DNA of 64,000 nt from an uncultured Clostridia bacterium (GTDB taxonomy: Bacteria > Bacillota > Clostridia > TANB77 > CAG-508), in the NCBI GenBank assembly GCA_947627185.1, contig CANQVF010000006.1, forward strand, positions 3,208 to 67,207. The letters run 5' to 3'. The first letter of the stretch is position 1, and each line of letters starts with the position of its first letter. Shown here in pieces: positions 52,977 to 63,500 of this stretch. The position numbers and the translations under genes are program-made. The notes under the pieces were generated by a model, which saw nothing but the letters and a program-made list of their open reading frames with translations, was not told where the DNA came from and did no database searches.

Positions 52977-54197
52977 ATGAATATGGATTTTATAAAAAAA
53001 TACAAAAGTTTTTTATCTGATATGATTTTAAATATGATAGGGTTTGGAATATATATTGTTTCACAACAAATTTTATTACTTCCAATACTTGCAAAAATGG
53101 TAAATGATGATATATATTCTAGTATAGTTTTATACATATCAATTTTAAATGTTGTGTGCAATGTAACAGGTGGAGAACTTGGAAATGTTAGATTAGTTAG
53201 AGATAGTGAATATAAGGAAAAAAATTTAATTGGTGATTTTACTAGAATATTATTAATGCTTTCAACAGTAATAACAATATTTGTTTTTCCAGTTTTAATT
53301 TTATTAAAATATAGTGTGTTTGGAAGCATTATTTTTACAATAACTATTTTATTGGCAAATATAAGACTTTATGCTACTTGTTTTTATAGATTAGAGAAAA
53401 AGTTTAGTAAAGTAATTTGGCAAAATGTTTATTATTTAATTGGAATTATTATCAGTTTAATTTTATTTAAATTATTTGAAAACATTTATTTATTGTTATT
53501 TATTCCTGAATTAATTTCAAGTATATATGCATTAAAAAATTCTGATATTTTGAAAATGAAATTAAAAAAGACAATTGAAATGATAAATACAATAAAAAAA
53601 TTCTTTCAACTTGGATTTGTATCTTTGCTTACAAACTTAATGAATTACTTTGATAAATTTTTAATATATCCAATGTTTGGAGCAACTTTAGTTGCAATAT
53701 ATTATGCAGTAAATTCAATGTCTAAAATTGCGAGTTTAATAACAAATCCAATGTCTAGTGTTATTTTATCTTGGGTTTCAAATACAAATGAAAAAGATAA
53801 GAAAAATAAAATTTTAAAAATGACTTTAATTTCAAATATACCAGTATTATTAATTGTAACATTACTTACAATACCATTAACATATATAGCACTTAAAATA
53901 TTATATAGTCAGTATATGGAAAGTGCTTTAAGTTTAATTATTCCAATAGCAATTACAACAGCTTTTGGAACGGCTTCAACACTCGTTAAATCTGTATTAT
54001 TAAAATATAGTAATACTAATAAATTAGTATTTACTTACATATTATATTTTACAATTTTTATAATATTAGGATATATTTTAAGTAAACGAAATGGATTAGT
54101 TGGATTTACTATGGCGAATTTAATTTCTAAAATTATTTTATGGTTTTCTTTTATAGTTTTATTGATAAAATCTAAAAAAGAATTATCTAGTAATTAA
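52977..54197 (+). CDS. Wzx-like oligosaccharide flippase
   Basis: About 12 TM, YFDKFLIYPMFG...AIYYA motif of MOP flippases. Confidence 0.7.
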   Translation: MNMDFIKKYKSFLSDMILNMIGFGIYIVSQQILLLPILAKMVNDDIYSSIVLYISILNVVCNVTGGELGNVRLVRDSEYKEKNLIGDFTRILLMLSTVITIFVFPVLILLKYSVFGSIIFTITILLANIRLYATCFYRLEKKFSKVIWQNVYYLIGIIISLILFKLFENIYLLLFIPELISSIYALKNSDILKMKLKKTIEMINTIKKFFQLGFVSLLTNLMNYFDKFLIYPMFGATLVAIYYAVNSMSKIASLITNPMSSVILSWVSNTNEKDKKNKILKMTLISNIPVLLIVTLLTIPLTYIALKILYSQYMESALSLIIPIAITTAFGTASTLVKSVLLKYSNTNKLVFTYILYFTIFIILGYILSKRNGLVGFTMANLISKIILWFSFIVLLIKSKKELSSN

Positions 54198-54247
54198 TAA
54201 ATTATATAATAGTTATTAAAATAAATTTAAATATTAGGAGATAAAAT

Positions 54248-55303
54248 ATGATTATTTTAAAAGGATTAATAGCGATAATTGTTTTTTTAATAGTGCCATT
54301 TTTATTAGGATTGTTAATAACAAGATTTACCAAAAATGAAAAAAATAATATTATACTTGCTTATTTAATAGGCTATTTAATAGAATTTGCAATATGTGAA
54401 ATAATTTCTATTCTATTAATTTTTATGCAAAAAGAATATAATGTGTTATTAATAACTTATGTTTTTATTATAGGAATTTTGAGTTTAATATCTTTTGTAA
54501 TAAATTTTAAAAGTTTTAAAGAAATAATTCTAGATAATATAAAAAAAATAAAAGAACTTCCTAAGTTATTATCAATAATCTGTATAGGATTAATATTAGT
54601 TCAAATGTTTATTTATGCATTTTATACTCACATAGATGATGATGATGCATTTTATGTAGGAACTTCTGTTACTACAGTTCAAACAAATACTTTATATAAA
54701 TATTCACCAACAACAGGAATAACTTCTGGAGAAAATATTTTATTAAGATATAGATTAAGTCCATTTCCATTATATATGGCAGTGCTTTCTTCAATATTAA
54801 ATATACATCCAACAATTGTAGCACATACAATTTTTCCAGTTATAATTTTACCAATTATTTATAGTGTATATTATTTGTTATCAAAAGAAATTTTTAAAGA
54901 GGATAAAGAATCATCAATTTTATTTGTAATATTGATTAATCTTTTAAATATATTTGGTGGATATTCAATAAGAACTAATTTTGCATTTTTACTTTTCCGT
55001 ATATGGCAAGGAAAAGCATTACTTGCAAATTTGTTAATACCATCAATTTGGTTATTTGTTTTAAAAGCACATAAAAATAATTATAAATTATTAGATTGTT
55101 TTATATTATTAATATTAGTTTTTGCAGCAAATTTAACAACAACCATGGCAATAGGTTTTGCACCAATTTCTTTGATGGGACTTGCTTTTGCATTAGAATT
55201 AATAGATTTTAATTTTAAAAAGTTCATTAAAAATATTTTAAAATGCTTAGTATGTTGTATGCCTAGTATAATTTATGGTCTAATATATCTTTTGTTTAAT
55301 TAA
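54248..55303 (+). CDS. DUF6077-like polytopic membrane protein (GT-C-like)
   Basis: DDDAFYV, HPTIVAHT, RIWQGK motifs. Confidence 0.7.
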   Translation: MIILKGLIAIIVFLIVPFLLGLLITRFTKNEKNNIILAYLIGYLIEFAICEIISILLIFMQKEYNVLLITYVFIIGILSLISFVINFKSFKEIILDNIKKIKELPKLLSIICIGLILVQMFIYAFYTHIDDDDAFYVGTSVTTVQTNTLYKYSPTTGITSGENILLRYRLSPFPLYMAVLSSILNIHPTIVAHTIFPVIILPIIYSVYYLLSKEIFKEDKESSILFVILINLLNIFGGYSIRTNFAFLLFRIWQGKALLANLLIPSIWLFVLKAHKNNYKLLDCFILLILVFAANLTTTMAIGFAPISLMGLAFALELIDFNFKKFIKNILKCLVCCMPSIIYGLIYLLFN

Positions 55304-55327
55304 TTTAAAATGTGAGGAGAAAATGAA

Positions 55328-56086
55328 ATGTTTCAAAATAGCATAGAAATAATAAAAAATACATTTTTGGAATATAAAGGGCAAGGAATGTATATAGCCT
55401 TATTCTTAATTGGAATGTTATACATATTTTTAAAAGAAAAAGATAAGAAAATAAAAATATTTTTTGTTTTATATCCAATATTAATGATGTTTGTAACATT
55501 AAATCCAATATTTAATAAAGTAATAGGAAGCATTTTTAAACAAAGTACATATTGGAGAGTTTTTTGGATGATTCCATTAGGAATAGTAATATCATATTTC
55601 TTTGTATTATTTATAAAAGAAGAGGGAAAAGAAAAAATAAAAAAATTAATAATTTTTTTTAGTATAGTAGTAATAATCATGATGAGTGGAAAACTTATTT
55701 ATAATAGTGAAAATTTTTCAAAAACTGGAAACTTGTATAAATTGCCAGATGAAAATATTTTAGTTGCACAATTAATAGGAATAGATGAAGAAAATTACAA
55801 AAAAGCTATTGTACCAGAAACTTTAGTTGCATATATTAGACAAATAGATAGCAGTATTGATTTATTATATAAAAGAGATCCACAGGGAAGATATAATGAA
55901 ATACCTGCTTGGAGAGCATTAACTTCTGGAAATGTAAAAGAACTTACAAAAATTGCATTAGAAGAAAAATGTAATTATATAGTTTTTAATAAGGCAATAA
56001 CATTAACTGAAAAAATGGAAAATTATAATTTTGAAAAAATAAATGAAACTCAAAATTATATAATTTATAAATATATTGAAAAATAA
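55328..56086 (+). CDS. Hypothetical membrane protein
   Basis: Four TM with YWRVFW, NLYKLP, IRQID; soluble C-terminal domain. Confidence 0.7.
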   Translation: MFQNSIEIIKNTFLEYKGQGMYIALFLIGMLYIFLKEKDKKIKIFFVLYPILMMFVTLNPIFNKVIGSIFKQSTYWRVFWMIPLGIVISYFFVLFIKEEGKEKIKKLIIFFSIVVIIMMSGKLIYNSENFSKTGNLYKLPDENILVAQLIGIDEENYKKAIVPETLVAYIRQIDSSIDLLYKRDPQGRYNEIPAWRALTSGNVKELTKIALEEKCNYIVFNKAITLTEKMENYNFEKINETQNYIIYKYIEK

Positions 56087-56121
56087 AAAATAATGAATAT
56101 ATTATAAAAAGGGAGAAAAGT

Positions 56122-57117
56122 ATGAAAATATTAGTAACAGGTGGATTAGGCTTTATAGGTTCACATACAGTAGTTGAACTTTTAAAAGAAAACAATGAAG
56201 TAATTATAGTTGATAATCTTTATAATAGTAAAATAGAAGTATTGGAAAAGTTAGAAAAAATTACTGGTAAAAAAATAAAATTTTATAAATATGATTTGGT
56301 AAATAAAGAAGAAATAGAAAAAATTTTTAAAGAAAATGAAATAGATAGTGTAATACATTTTGCAGGATATAAAGCAGTTGGTGAATCAGTAAAAAAACCA
56401 TTAATGTATTATTCAAATAATTTAATTAGTACAATTAACCTTCTAGAAACAATGAATAAATATAATGTAAAGAAAATTGTTTTTAGTTCATCTGCTACTG
56501 TATATGGTAATCCAGGTGTTGTAAAATATACAGAAGAATTGGGAAGAAAAGATGCAAGCAGTCCTTATGGAACAACAAAATGTATGATAGAAAAAATATT
56601 GGAAGATTTATATGCTTCAGATAATTCATGGAATATTACAATTCTTAGATATTTTAATCCAGTAGGAGCACATGAGTCTGGATTAATTGGAGAAGAACCA
56701 AATGGAATTCCTAATAATTTAATGCCATATGTTATGAAAGTTGCATCAGGAAAGTTAGAAACTTTAAGTATATTTGGAAATGATTATCCTACACCAGATG
56801 GTACAGGCATAAGAGATTATATACATGTAGTAGATTTAGCTAAAGGTCATGTAAAGGCTTTAGAAAAAATAAAAGAAGGATTAAATTATTATAATTTAGG
56901 TTCTGGAAAAGGAATAAGTGTTTTAGAACTTGTAAACACATTTGAAAAAATAAATAATGTAAAAGTAAATTATAAAATAGTTGGTAGAAGAGAAGGAGAC
57001 TTAGCAGAATATTATGCAGATGCAACTAAAGCTTTGAATGAGTTAAACTGGAAAACCGAAAAAACCTTAGAAGATATTTGCAAGGATTCGTGGAATTATG
57101 AAAAAAATAATAAATAA
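56122..57117 (+). CDS. galE: UDP-glucose 4-epimerase
   Basis: TGGLGFIGSH, KAVGES, SSSATVYG, LRYFNPVGAH. Confidence 0.96.
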   Translation: MKILVTGGLGFIGSHTVVELLKENNEVIIVDNLYNSKIEVLEKLEKITGKKIKFYKYDLVNKEEIEKIFKENEIDSVIHFAGYKAVGESVKKPLMYYSNNLISTINLLETMNKYNVKKIVFSSSATVYGNPGVVKYTEELGRKDASSPYGTTKCMIEKILEDLYASDNSWNITILRYFNPVGAHESGLIGEEPNGIPNNLMPYVMKVASGKLETLSIFGNDYPTPDGTGIRDYIHVVDLAKGHVKALEKIKEGLNYYNLGSGKGISVLELVNTFEKINNVKVNYKIVGRREGDLAEYYADATKALNELNWKTEKTLEDICKDSWNYEKNNK

Positions 57118-57183
57118 TATTGTTTAATTATTGGTGAAATTAAAAAACAATAAATATTATAAAATTAAATAAAAATGGATAAT

Positions 57184-57220
57184 AAGAAAGCTTAAATATT
57201 TTTAATATTTAAGCTTTTTT
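57184..57220 (+). terminator. Intrinsic terminator
   Basis: AAAGCTTAAATATT...AATATTTAAGCTTTTTT. Confidence 0.75.
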
Positions 57221-57257
57221 GAGCACATAAAATTCACAATTAATTTTCTTTAAATTG

Positions 57258-57286
57258 TTGAAAAGAATGTACTTAAATGATATAAT
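57258..57286 (+). promoter_or_regulatory. SigA-type promoter of wzm operon
   Basis: TTGAAA-N17-TATAAT with extended TG. Confidence 0.75.
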
Positions 57287-57324
57287 ACTTCAGTAAAATT
57301 ATTAGGTAAAAAAGGGAATAAAAT

Positions 57325-58116
57325 ATGGAATTTTTTAAAATACTTTTTAAAAACAGAAAATTAGCAATAAAACTTGGAAAAAATGACTTTAGAAACAGAT
57401 TTGCAAATACAAGTTTAGGAACTGTATGGGGGTTTGCACAACCTTTTGTATTTATGATTACTTATGTAATTGTGTTTCAATATATTTTAAAATCTGGAAG
57501 TAGTGGTGAATATCCTTATGTTGTTTGGTTTTTACCGGGAATGTCAATGTGGATGTTTTGTAGTGATGCAATTCTTACATCAAGTAATTCAATTAGAAAT
57601 TATAGCTATTTAGTAAAAAAAGTGGTTTTTCCGGTTGATATTATTCCTGTAATATCATTAACATCTGCTAGTTTTATTGGTGTATTTTTAATTACTATAG
57701 CAGTTGTAGTTGCATCTTTATTTGGATATATACCAAATTTTTTAAATGTTATATATATTCTATTTTGTGCAATTTGTTTTATAATAGCTTTAACTAGATT
57801 TACATCTGCTTTAACTACTGTTGTTCCAGATTTTTCACAATTATTAAATATATTAATTCAGTTATGCATGTGGTTTACACCAATTGTATGGAACCTAGAT
57901 TTTATTGTTGATTCAAAATTAATTAATTTATTTAAATGTATGCCATTTACTTATTTAGTAGAGGGATTTAGACAAGCTTTTATGGAAAATTCAACAATCA
58001 TTACAGAAGGAAATTATATGTTTACATGTGTTTTCTGGCTTATAACAATTTTAGTTTTCTTATGGGGAAACAAAGTATTTAATAAAACAAAAAAAGATTT
58101 TGCAGATGTATTATAG
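57325..58116 (+). CDS. wzm: Polysaccharide ABC exporter permease (Wzm/TagG/RgpC)
   Basis: LGTVW..QP, LVKKVVFP, WFTPIVW, FADVL. Confidence 0.9.
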   Translation: MEFFKILFKNRKLAIKLGKNDFRNRFANTSLGTVWGFAQPFVFMITYVIVFQYILKSGSSGEYPYVVWFLPGMSMWMFCSDAILTSSNSIRNYSYLVKKVVFPVDIIPVISLTSASFIGVFLITIAVVVASLFGYIPNFLNVIYILFCAICFIIALTRFTSALTTVVPDFSQLLNILIQLCMWFTPIVWNLDFIVDSKLINLFKCMPFTYLVEGFRQAFMENSTIITEGNYMFTCVFWLITILVFLWGNKVFNKTKKDFADVL

Positions 58117-58153
58117 TTTTCAAAAAAGATGTTATAACAAGAGAGGAAGTTAA

Positions 58154-59128
58154 ATGGAAAGTAAAACCATAGATATTTTACTTGCTACATATAATGGAGA
58201 AAAATATTTAAAACCACAATTAGATAGTATTTTAGCTCAAACATATTCAAATTTTAGACTAATAATATCTGATGATTTATCATCAGATAATACTAGAAAA
58301 ATTTTAGAAGAGTATAGTAAAAAAGATAATAGAATTGTTTTATATTTTCAAGAAAAAAATCTTGGTGTAATAAAAAATTTTGAATTTTTATTAAAAAAAG
58401 TAGAAGCAGAGTATTATATGTTTTCAGACCAAGATGATATTTGGAAAGAAAGTAAAATAGAAAAATCAATTAAAAAAATAGAAGAAACTAAAAGCGATTT
58501 AGTATATTCTGATTTAGAAGTTGTTGATGAAGATTTAAGGGTAATTTATAAATCTTATTGGAAACTAAAAGGAATTTACAAAAAAATAAAAAAATATAAT
58601 AATTTTGAAAGCTTATATTTAAATAATTTTGTAACAGGTTGTACTATTCTTTCAAAAAAGGAATTAATTGATATTTTTTTACCACTTCCAAATACAAGTA
58701 AATATGTACTTCATGATTATTGGATTCCATTAATTATTAGTCAAAAAGGAAAAATAAGTTATATTGAAGAACCGTTAATTAAGTATAGACAGCATAAAAA
58801 TAATAAAATTGGTTCTAAAAAAAGATCAGATGAATTAAATAATTTAGTTGAAATAAGAAATTTATTTATAGATGTAAAAAAGCAACATTTTAAAGTTTTT
58901 ATAGAAAATGAAAATAAATTTATTGATGAAAATATTAAAAAATTAAATAAAGAAGCTTTAAAATATTATGAAATGCTAGAAACTAAAAACATTATTAACT
59001 TTAAAAATTGGGCATTATTTTTTAAGCTTTACAAATATGAAGAATTTAATTATAAAATGCAAAATTTTTTAATTTTAAATATTCCAATTTTAGCAAAGTT
59101 ATTATTTAAATTAAAAAAGATATTTTAA
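58154..59128 (+). CDS. GT2 glycosyltransferase, RgpB-like rhamnosyltransferase
   Basis: LLATYNGEKYL, FSDQDDIW, VTGCT, HDYW, YRQH. Confidence 0.88.
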   Translation: MESKTIDILLATYNGEKYLKPQLDSILAQTYSNFRLIISDDLSSDNTRKILEEYSKKDNRIVLYFQEKNLGVIKNFEFLLKKVEAEYYMFSDQDDIWKESKIEKSIKKIEETKSDLVYSDLEVVDEDLRVIYKSYWKLKGIYKKIKKYNNFESLYLNNFVTGCTILSKKELIDIFLPLPNTSKYVLHDYWIPLIISQKGKISYIEEPLIKYRQHKNNKIGSKKRSDELNNLVEIRNLFIDVKKQHFKVFIENENKFIDENIKKLNKEALKYYEMLETKNIINFKNWALFFKLYKYEEFNYKMQNFLILNIPILAKLLFKLKKIF

Positions 59129-59150
59129 AATAGAAAATTAAGAGGGAAAA

Positions 59151-60446
59151 ATGAGTGATACAGTAATTAAAATTTCTAATTTAGTAAAAGAATATAAAAT
59201 GTATTCAAGAAAAAAAGATAGATTGCTTGAGGCAATACTTCCTTTTTATGTAAAACATTCGACCTTTAAAGCTTTAGATGATTTTAATCTAGAAATAAAA
59301 AAGGGTGAGGTTTTAGGAATTCTTGGAAAAAACGGAGCTGGAAAATCAACTTTATTAAAAATGATTACAGGTGTTGTTTCTCCTACTTCTGGAAAAATAG
59401 AAGTAAATGGGAAGATAAGTTCATTATTAGAGCTAGGTACAGCTTTTAATCCTGATTTAACAGGTTATGAAAATATTTATCAACATGGACAAGTTATGGG
59501 GTTATCAGACCAGGAAATTAGAGCCAAAGAAAAGGAAATAATAGATTTTGCAGATATAGGAGAACATTTATCACAACCTGTTAAAACTTATTCATCAGGT
59601 ATGTTTGCAAGATTGGCTTTTGCTTGTGCAATTAATGTTGAACCAGATATTTTAATTGTTGATGAAGTTTTATCTGTTGGAGATATGGCATTTCAATTAA
59701 AATGTTTTAAAAAATTTGAACAATTTAAAAATGATGGAAAAACAATAATATTTGTTACACACAATATAAATGATATTATGAAAAATTGTAATAGAGTTAT
59801 TATTTTGGAAAGTGGTAAGAAAACATTTGATGGTACAGTAAAAGATGGTGTTAACAGATATAAAAAAATAATAGTTGGATTAGACCCAGATAAAAAAGAA
59901 TTAGAGGATAATAAAGAAATAACTTTAGAAAAAAGTAAAAGCAGTAGTAGTGATAATTCTAAAAATTGGAAAGAAAAATTCAATCAAAATCCTAATATGA
60001 TTGAATATGGAAACAAAGATGCTGAAGTTATTGATTATGGTATGTTTGATAAAGATGGTAATGCTGTAAATATGTTTGATAATGGAGATTATATAACTTT
60101 TAAATCTAAAGTAAAATTCAATAAAGAAGTTAAAGAACCAATTTTTACAGTAACTTTAAAAGATTTTAGTGGTAAAGATGTTACAGGAACTAATTCAAAT
60201 ATAGAAAAAATAGCAACAGGAACTTATAAAAAAGGAGATATAGTAGTTATTGAATTTACTCAAAAGGTACCTGTTGCACCAGGAAAATACACTCTTTCTT
60301 TTAGTTGTACAAGATATAATGCAAGAGGAAACTTAGAAGCTTTAAACAGAAAATATGATGCTTTATTAATAGAAGTAATTACAACTAAAAATACTGTTGG
60401 ATTAATTAGATTAGATTCTAATATTACTATAAATAAAATAAATTAA
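59151..60446 (+). CDS. wzt: Polysaccharide ABC exporter ATPase with C-terminal carbohydrate-binding domain
   Basis: GKNGAGKST, YSSGM, DEVLSVGD; about 170-aa C-terminal extension. Confidence 0.92.
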   Translation: MSDTVIKISNLVKEYKMYSRKKDRLLEAILPFYVKHSTFKALDDFNLEIKKGEVLGILGKNGAGKSTLLKMITGVVSPTSGKIEVNGKISSLLELGTAFNPDLTGYENIYQHGQVMGLSDQEIRAKEKEIIDFADIGEHLSQPVKTYSSGMFARLAFACAINVEPDILIVDEVLSVGDMAFQLKCFKKFEQFKNDGKTIIFVTHNINDIMKNCNRVIILESGKKTFDGTVKDGVNRYKKIIVGLDPDKKELEDNKEITLEKSKSSSSDNSKNWKEKFNQNPNMIEYGNKDAEVIDYGMFDKDGNAVNMFDNGDYITFKSKVKFNKEVKEPIFTVTLKDFSGKDVTGTNSNIEKIATGTYKKGDIVVIEFTQKVPVAPGKYTLSFSCTRYNARGNLEALNRKYDALLIEVITTKNTVGLIRLDSNITINKIN

Positions 60447-60513
60447 GGTTTATAGATTACCTCCAAAAATCTAAATATATAAAGGGGTTATGTATATACA
60501 TATACGAAGTTAA

Positions 60514-63500
60514 ATGGAAAATTTATTATCACAATTTAAAAAGAATATAATTTCTTGGTATCCAATTGAAGAAAAACAAAAAGTTTTAGAAATTGAAAAT
60601 TCTGAAGAAGTAGTTAAAGAATTAAAGAAAAAAACTTCAGAAGTAGTATCAATAGATTTAAAACATATTTCTAACGCACCAAAAAATGAATTTGATTATG
60701 TGGTATTAATTGGTATTTTGGAAAAATTAAGTACAGAAAACGAAATACTAAAAGTATTAAATTGTGCAAGTAAAAGCTTAAAACAAAATGGTAAAATACT
60801 TTTAGCTATGAAAAATAAATTTGGAATGAAATATTGGTCTGGTGAAAAATTTAATTCTAAGGTAGAATCTTATGATACAATTGAAAATTCTAATGAAAAT
60901 GTTTTAAGTATTACTAAAATAAAAAAGATATTAAATAATTTAAATTTAAAATATAAATTTTATTATCCATTACCAGATTATGAATTAACAAATGTTATAT
61001 ATACAGATGAATTTATGCCAAGTAATGATAGTATAGATTCAAGAGTAATAACTTATTGTGAAAGTGGAAAAATACTTAATTTTTCTGAAAGAAAAGCTTA
61101 TAAGCAATTAATAGAAAATGATGATAAATTATTTCCTTTTTTCTCAAATTCTTTTTTTATAGAAATAGCAAATAGCTATGAGAATATTAAGTATGTAAGT
61201 TATAGTATTACTAGAAAAGAAGATTATAGAATAAAAACCATAATTGAAAAAAATTATGCTTTTAAATATGCAGATAATGATAATTCTTTAAAACATATAA
61301 AAAATATAGCAAGAAATATAGAAGTGTTAGAAAATTCTAATATAAAATGCTTGGATAAATATGAAAACAATAAGATAATTAGCAATTATTTAGAAGATGC
61401 TAAGTCTTATGATAAAATTTTAATTGATATATATAATAAAGATGGATTAAATTCAGTTATTGAAAAAATTAAAGAATTTCAACATCTAATACTAGATAAA
61501 TTAGAAAAAAATGGCGATAGTAAAAATTCTATTTTTGAAAAATATGAAATTACTATAGATGAAGAAATGAAAAAAAATCTACACTTTATTAAAGATGGTG
61601 TAATCGATTTAATTTTTCAAAATTGTTTAGTAAAGAATGAAAATTTATTTTGTTATGACCAGGAATGGTATGAAGAAAATGTTCCAGTAGAATTTATATT
61701 ATATAGAGCAATATTTTATTTTACTGAATTAAAAAAATGTGAAAATATTGATGAAATTTATAAAAAATTAGATTTATATAATTATGCTAATGTTTTTGAG
61801 CAATTAGAAAATAAAATACAAGAAAATATATTAGATAAAAAAATATGGAATTTACATGCAAATTCTGTTAAAGATATAGGTAAAATTGATTTAATATTAA
61901 AAAATTATGAAGATAGAATAAGTGCAACTAATAATCATATTGAAAATTTAGAGAGCAGTATCGAAAACCTAGAAAGTAATATAGAACAATATGAAAAAAG
62001 TATAAAAGATTATAAAGATATTGTTGTTGACTTAAACAAAATGGTTAAAGATAAAGATGTGGCCATAGTTGACCTAAATAAGATAATGCATGATAAAAAT
62101 ATTACTATAGATGACTTAAATAAATTACTTCAAGATAAAGATGTGGAGCTTGTTAATTATGCAAATCAATTAAGAACAATATCTAATTCTTTATCTTGGA
62201 AAATTACAAAACCATTAAGAATATTTTCTTGGATGTTTAATCCTTTTAATGGTGCAAGTTTTATAGATAGAATAATGCCACCAGGTGGAAAAAGAAGAAT
62301 AGAATACGATAGAAAACAAACAGAAAAGAAATATGCAAAAAAAGTTGAAAATTATTTTAAATTGTCAGATGAAGAAACAGCTGAATTTTGGAAAGGGATT
62401 GATCATAGAAAATATTTAAAATATGAAAAGAATTTAGAAAGAAAAGAAAAAGATGAACTTTCCGACTATGAAAAATGGATAGAAGAAAATACTCCAAATG
62501 ATCAAGAAATTGAACAACAAGAAAAAACAAGATTTAGAAAAAGACCTAAAATAAGTATTATTATTCCTTTATATAATACAGATACAGAATATTTTAGAGA
62601 ATTACTATATACTGTTCATTCACAAACTTATAAAAAGTGGGAACTATGTTTAGCAGATGGTAGTGAGAAACCTTTAGATGATATTATATCAATGACAAAA
62701 AATGATAAAAGGATAAAATATAAATTTTTAGGTGAAAATAAGGGAATTTCTGAAAATACTAATCAAGCAATTGCAATGGCAACAGGAGATTACATATCTT
62801 TACTAGATCATGATGATATATTAGATATAAGTGCTTTATATGAAGTAGTAAAAGTTATAAATGAGAATAAAGATGTGGATTTTATTTACTCAGATGAAGA
62901 TAAATTTCAAGTTATGGATGAACCATATTATGAACCACATTTTAAACCAGATTACGCACCAGATACATTAAGAGCTAACAATTATATATGCCATTATAGT
63001 GTTTTTAAGAAAAAATTGATGGATAAAATAGGAAAATTTGATTCTAATTATAATGGAGCACAAGATTTTGACATTATTTTAAAAGCAACTGAAAATGCTA
63101 AAAAAATAGTTCATATTCCAAAAGTATTATATCATTGGAGAGTTCATAAAGGTTCAACTTCTATGGAAACAGAAGCAAAGCCTTATGCAATAGATGCAGG
63201 AAAAAGAGCAGTAGAAGATCATTTAAAGAGAATTGGATTAAAAGGAAAAGTATCTAATGGAGTTAATCCAGGTACTTATCAAATAGAATATGATATTATA
63301 GGAAATCCTAAAGTTTCAATATTAATACCAAATAGAAATGGTATTGATCTATTAAAAACATGTATAGAATCAGTTATTTCAAAAACTACTTATTCTAACT
63401 ATGAAATTGTAATAATAGAAAACAATAGTAATGAAGAGAAAATTTTTAATTATTATAAAAAACTAGTTAAAAATCCAAAAATTAAAGTATTGAATTATAA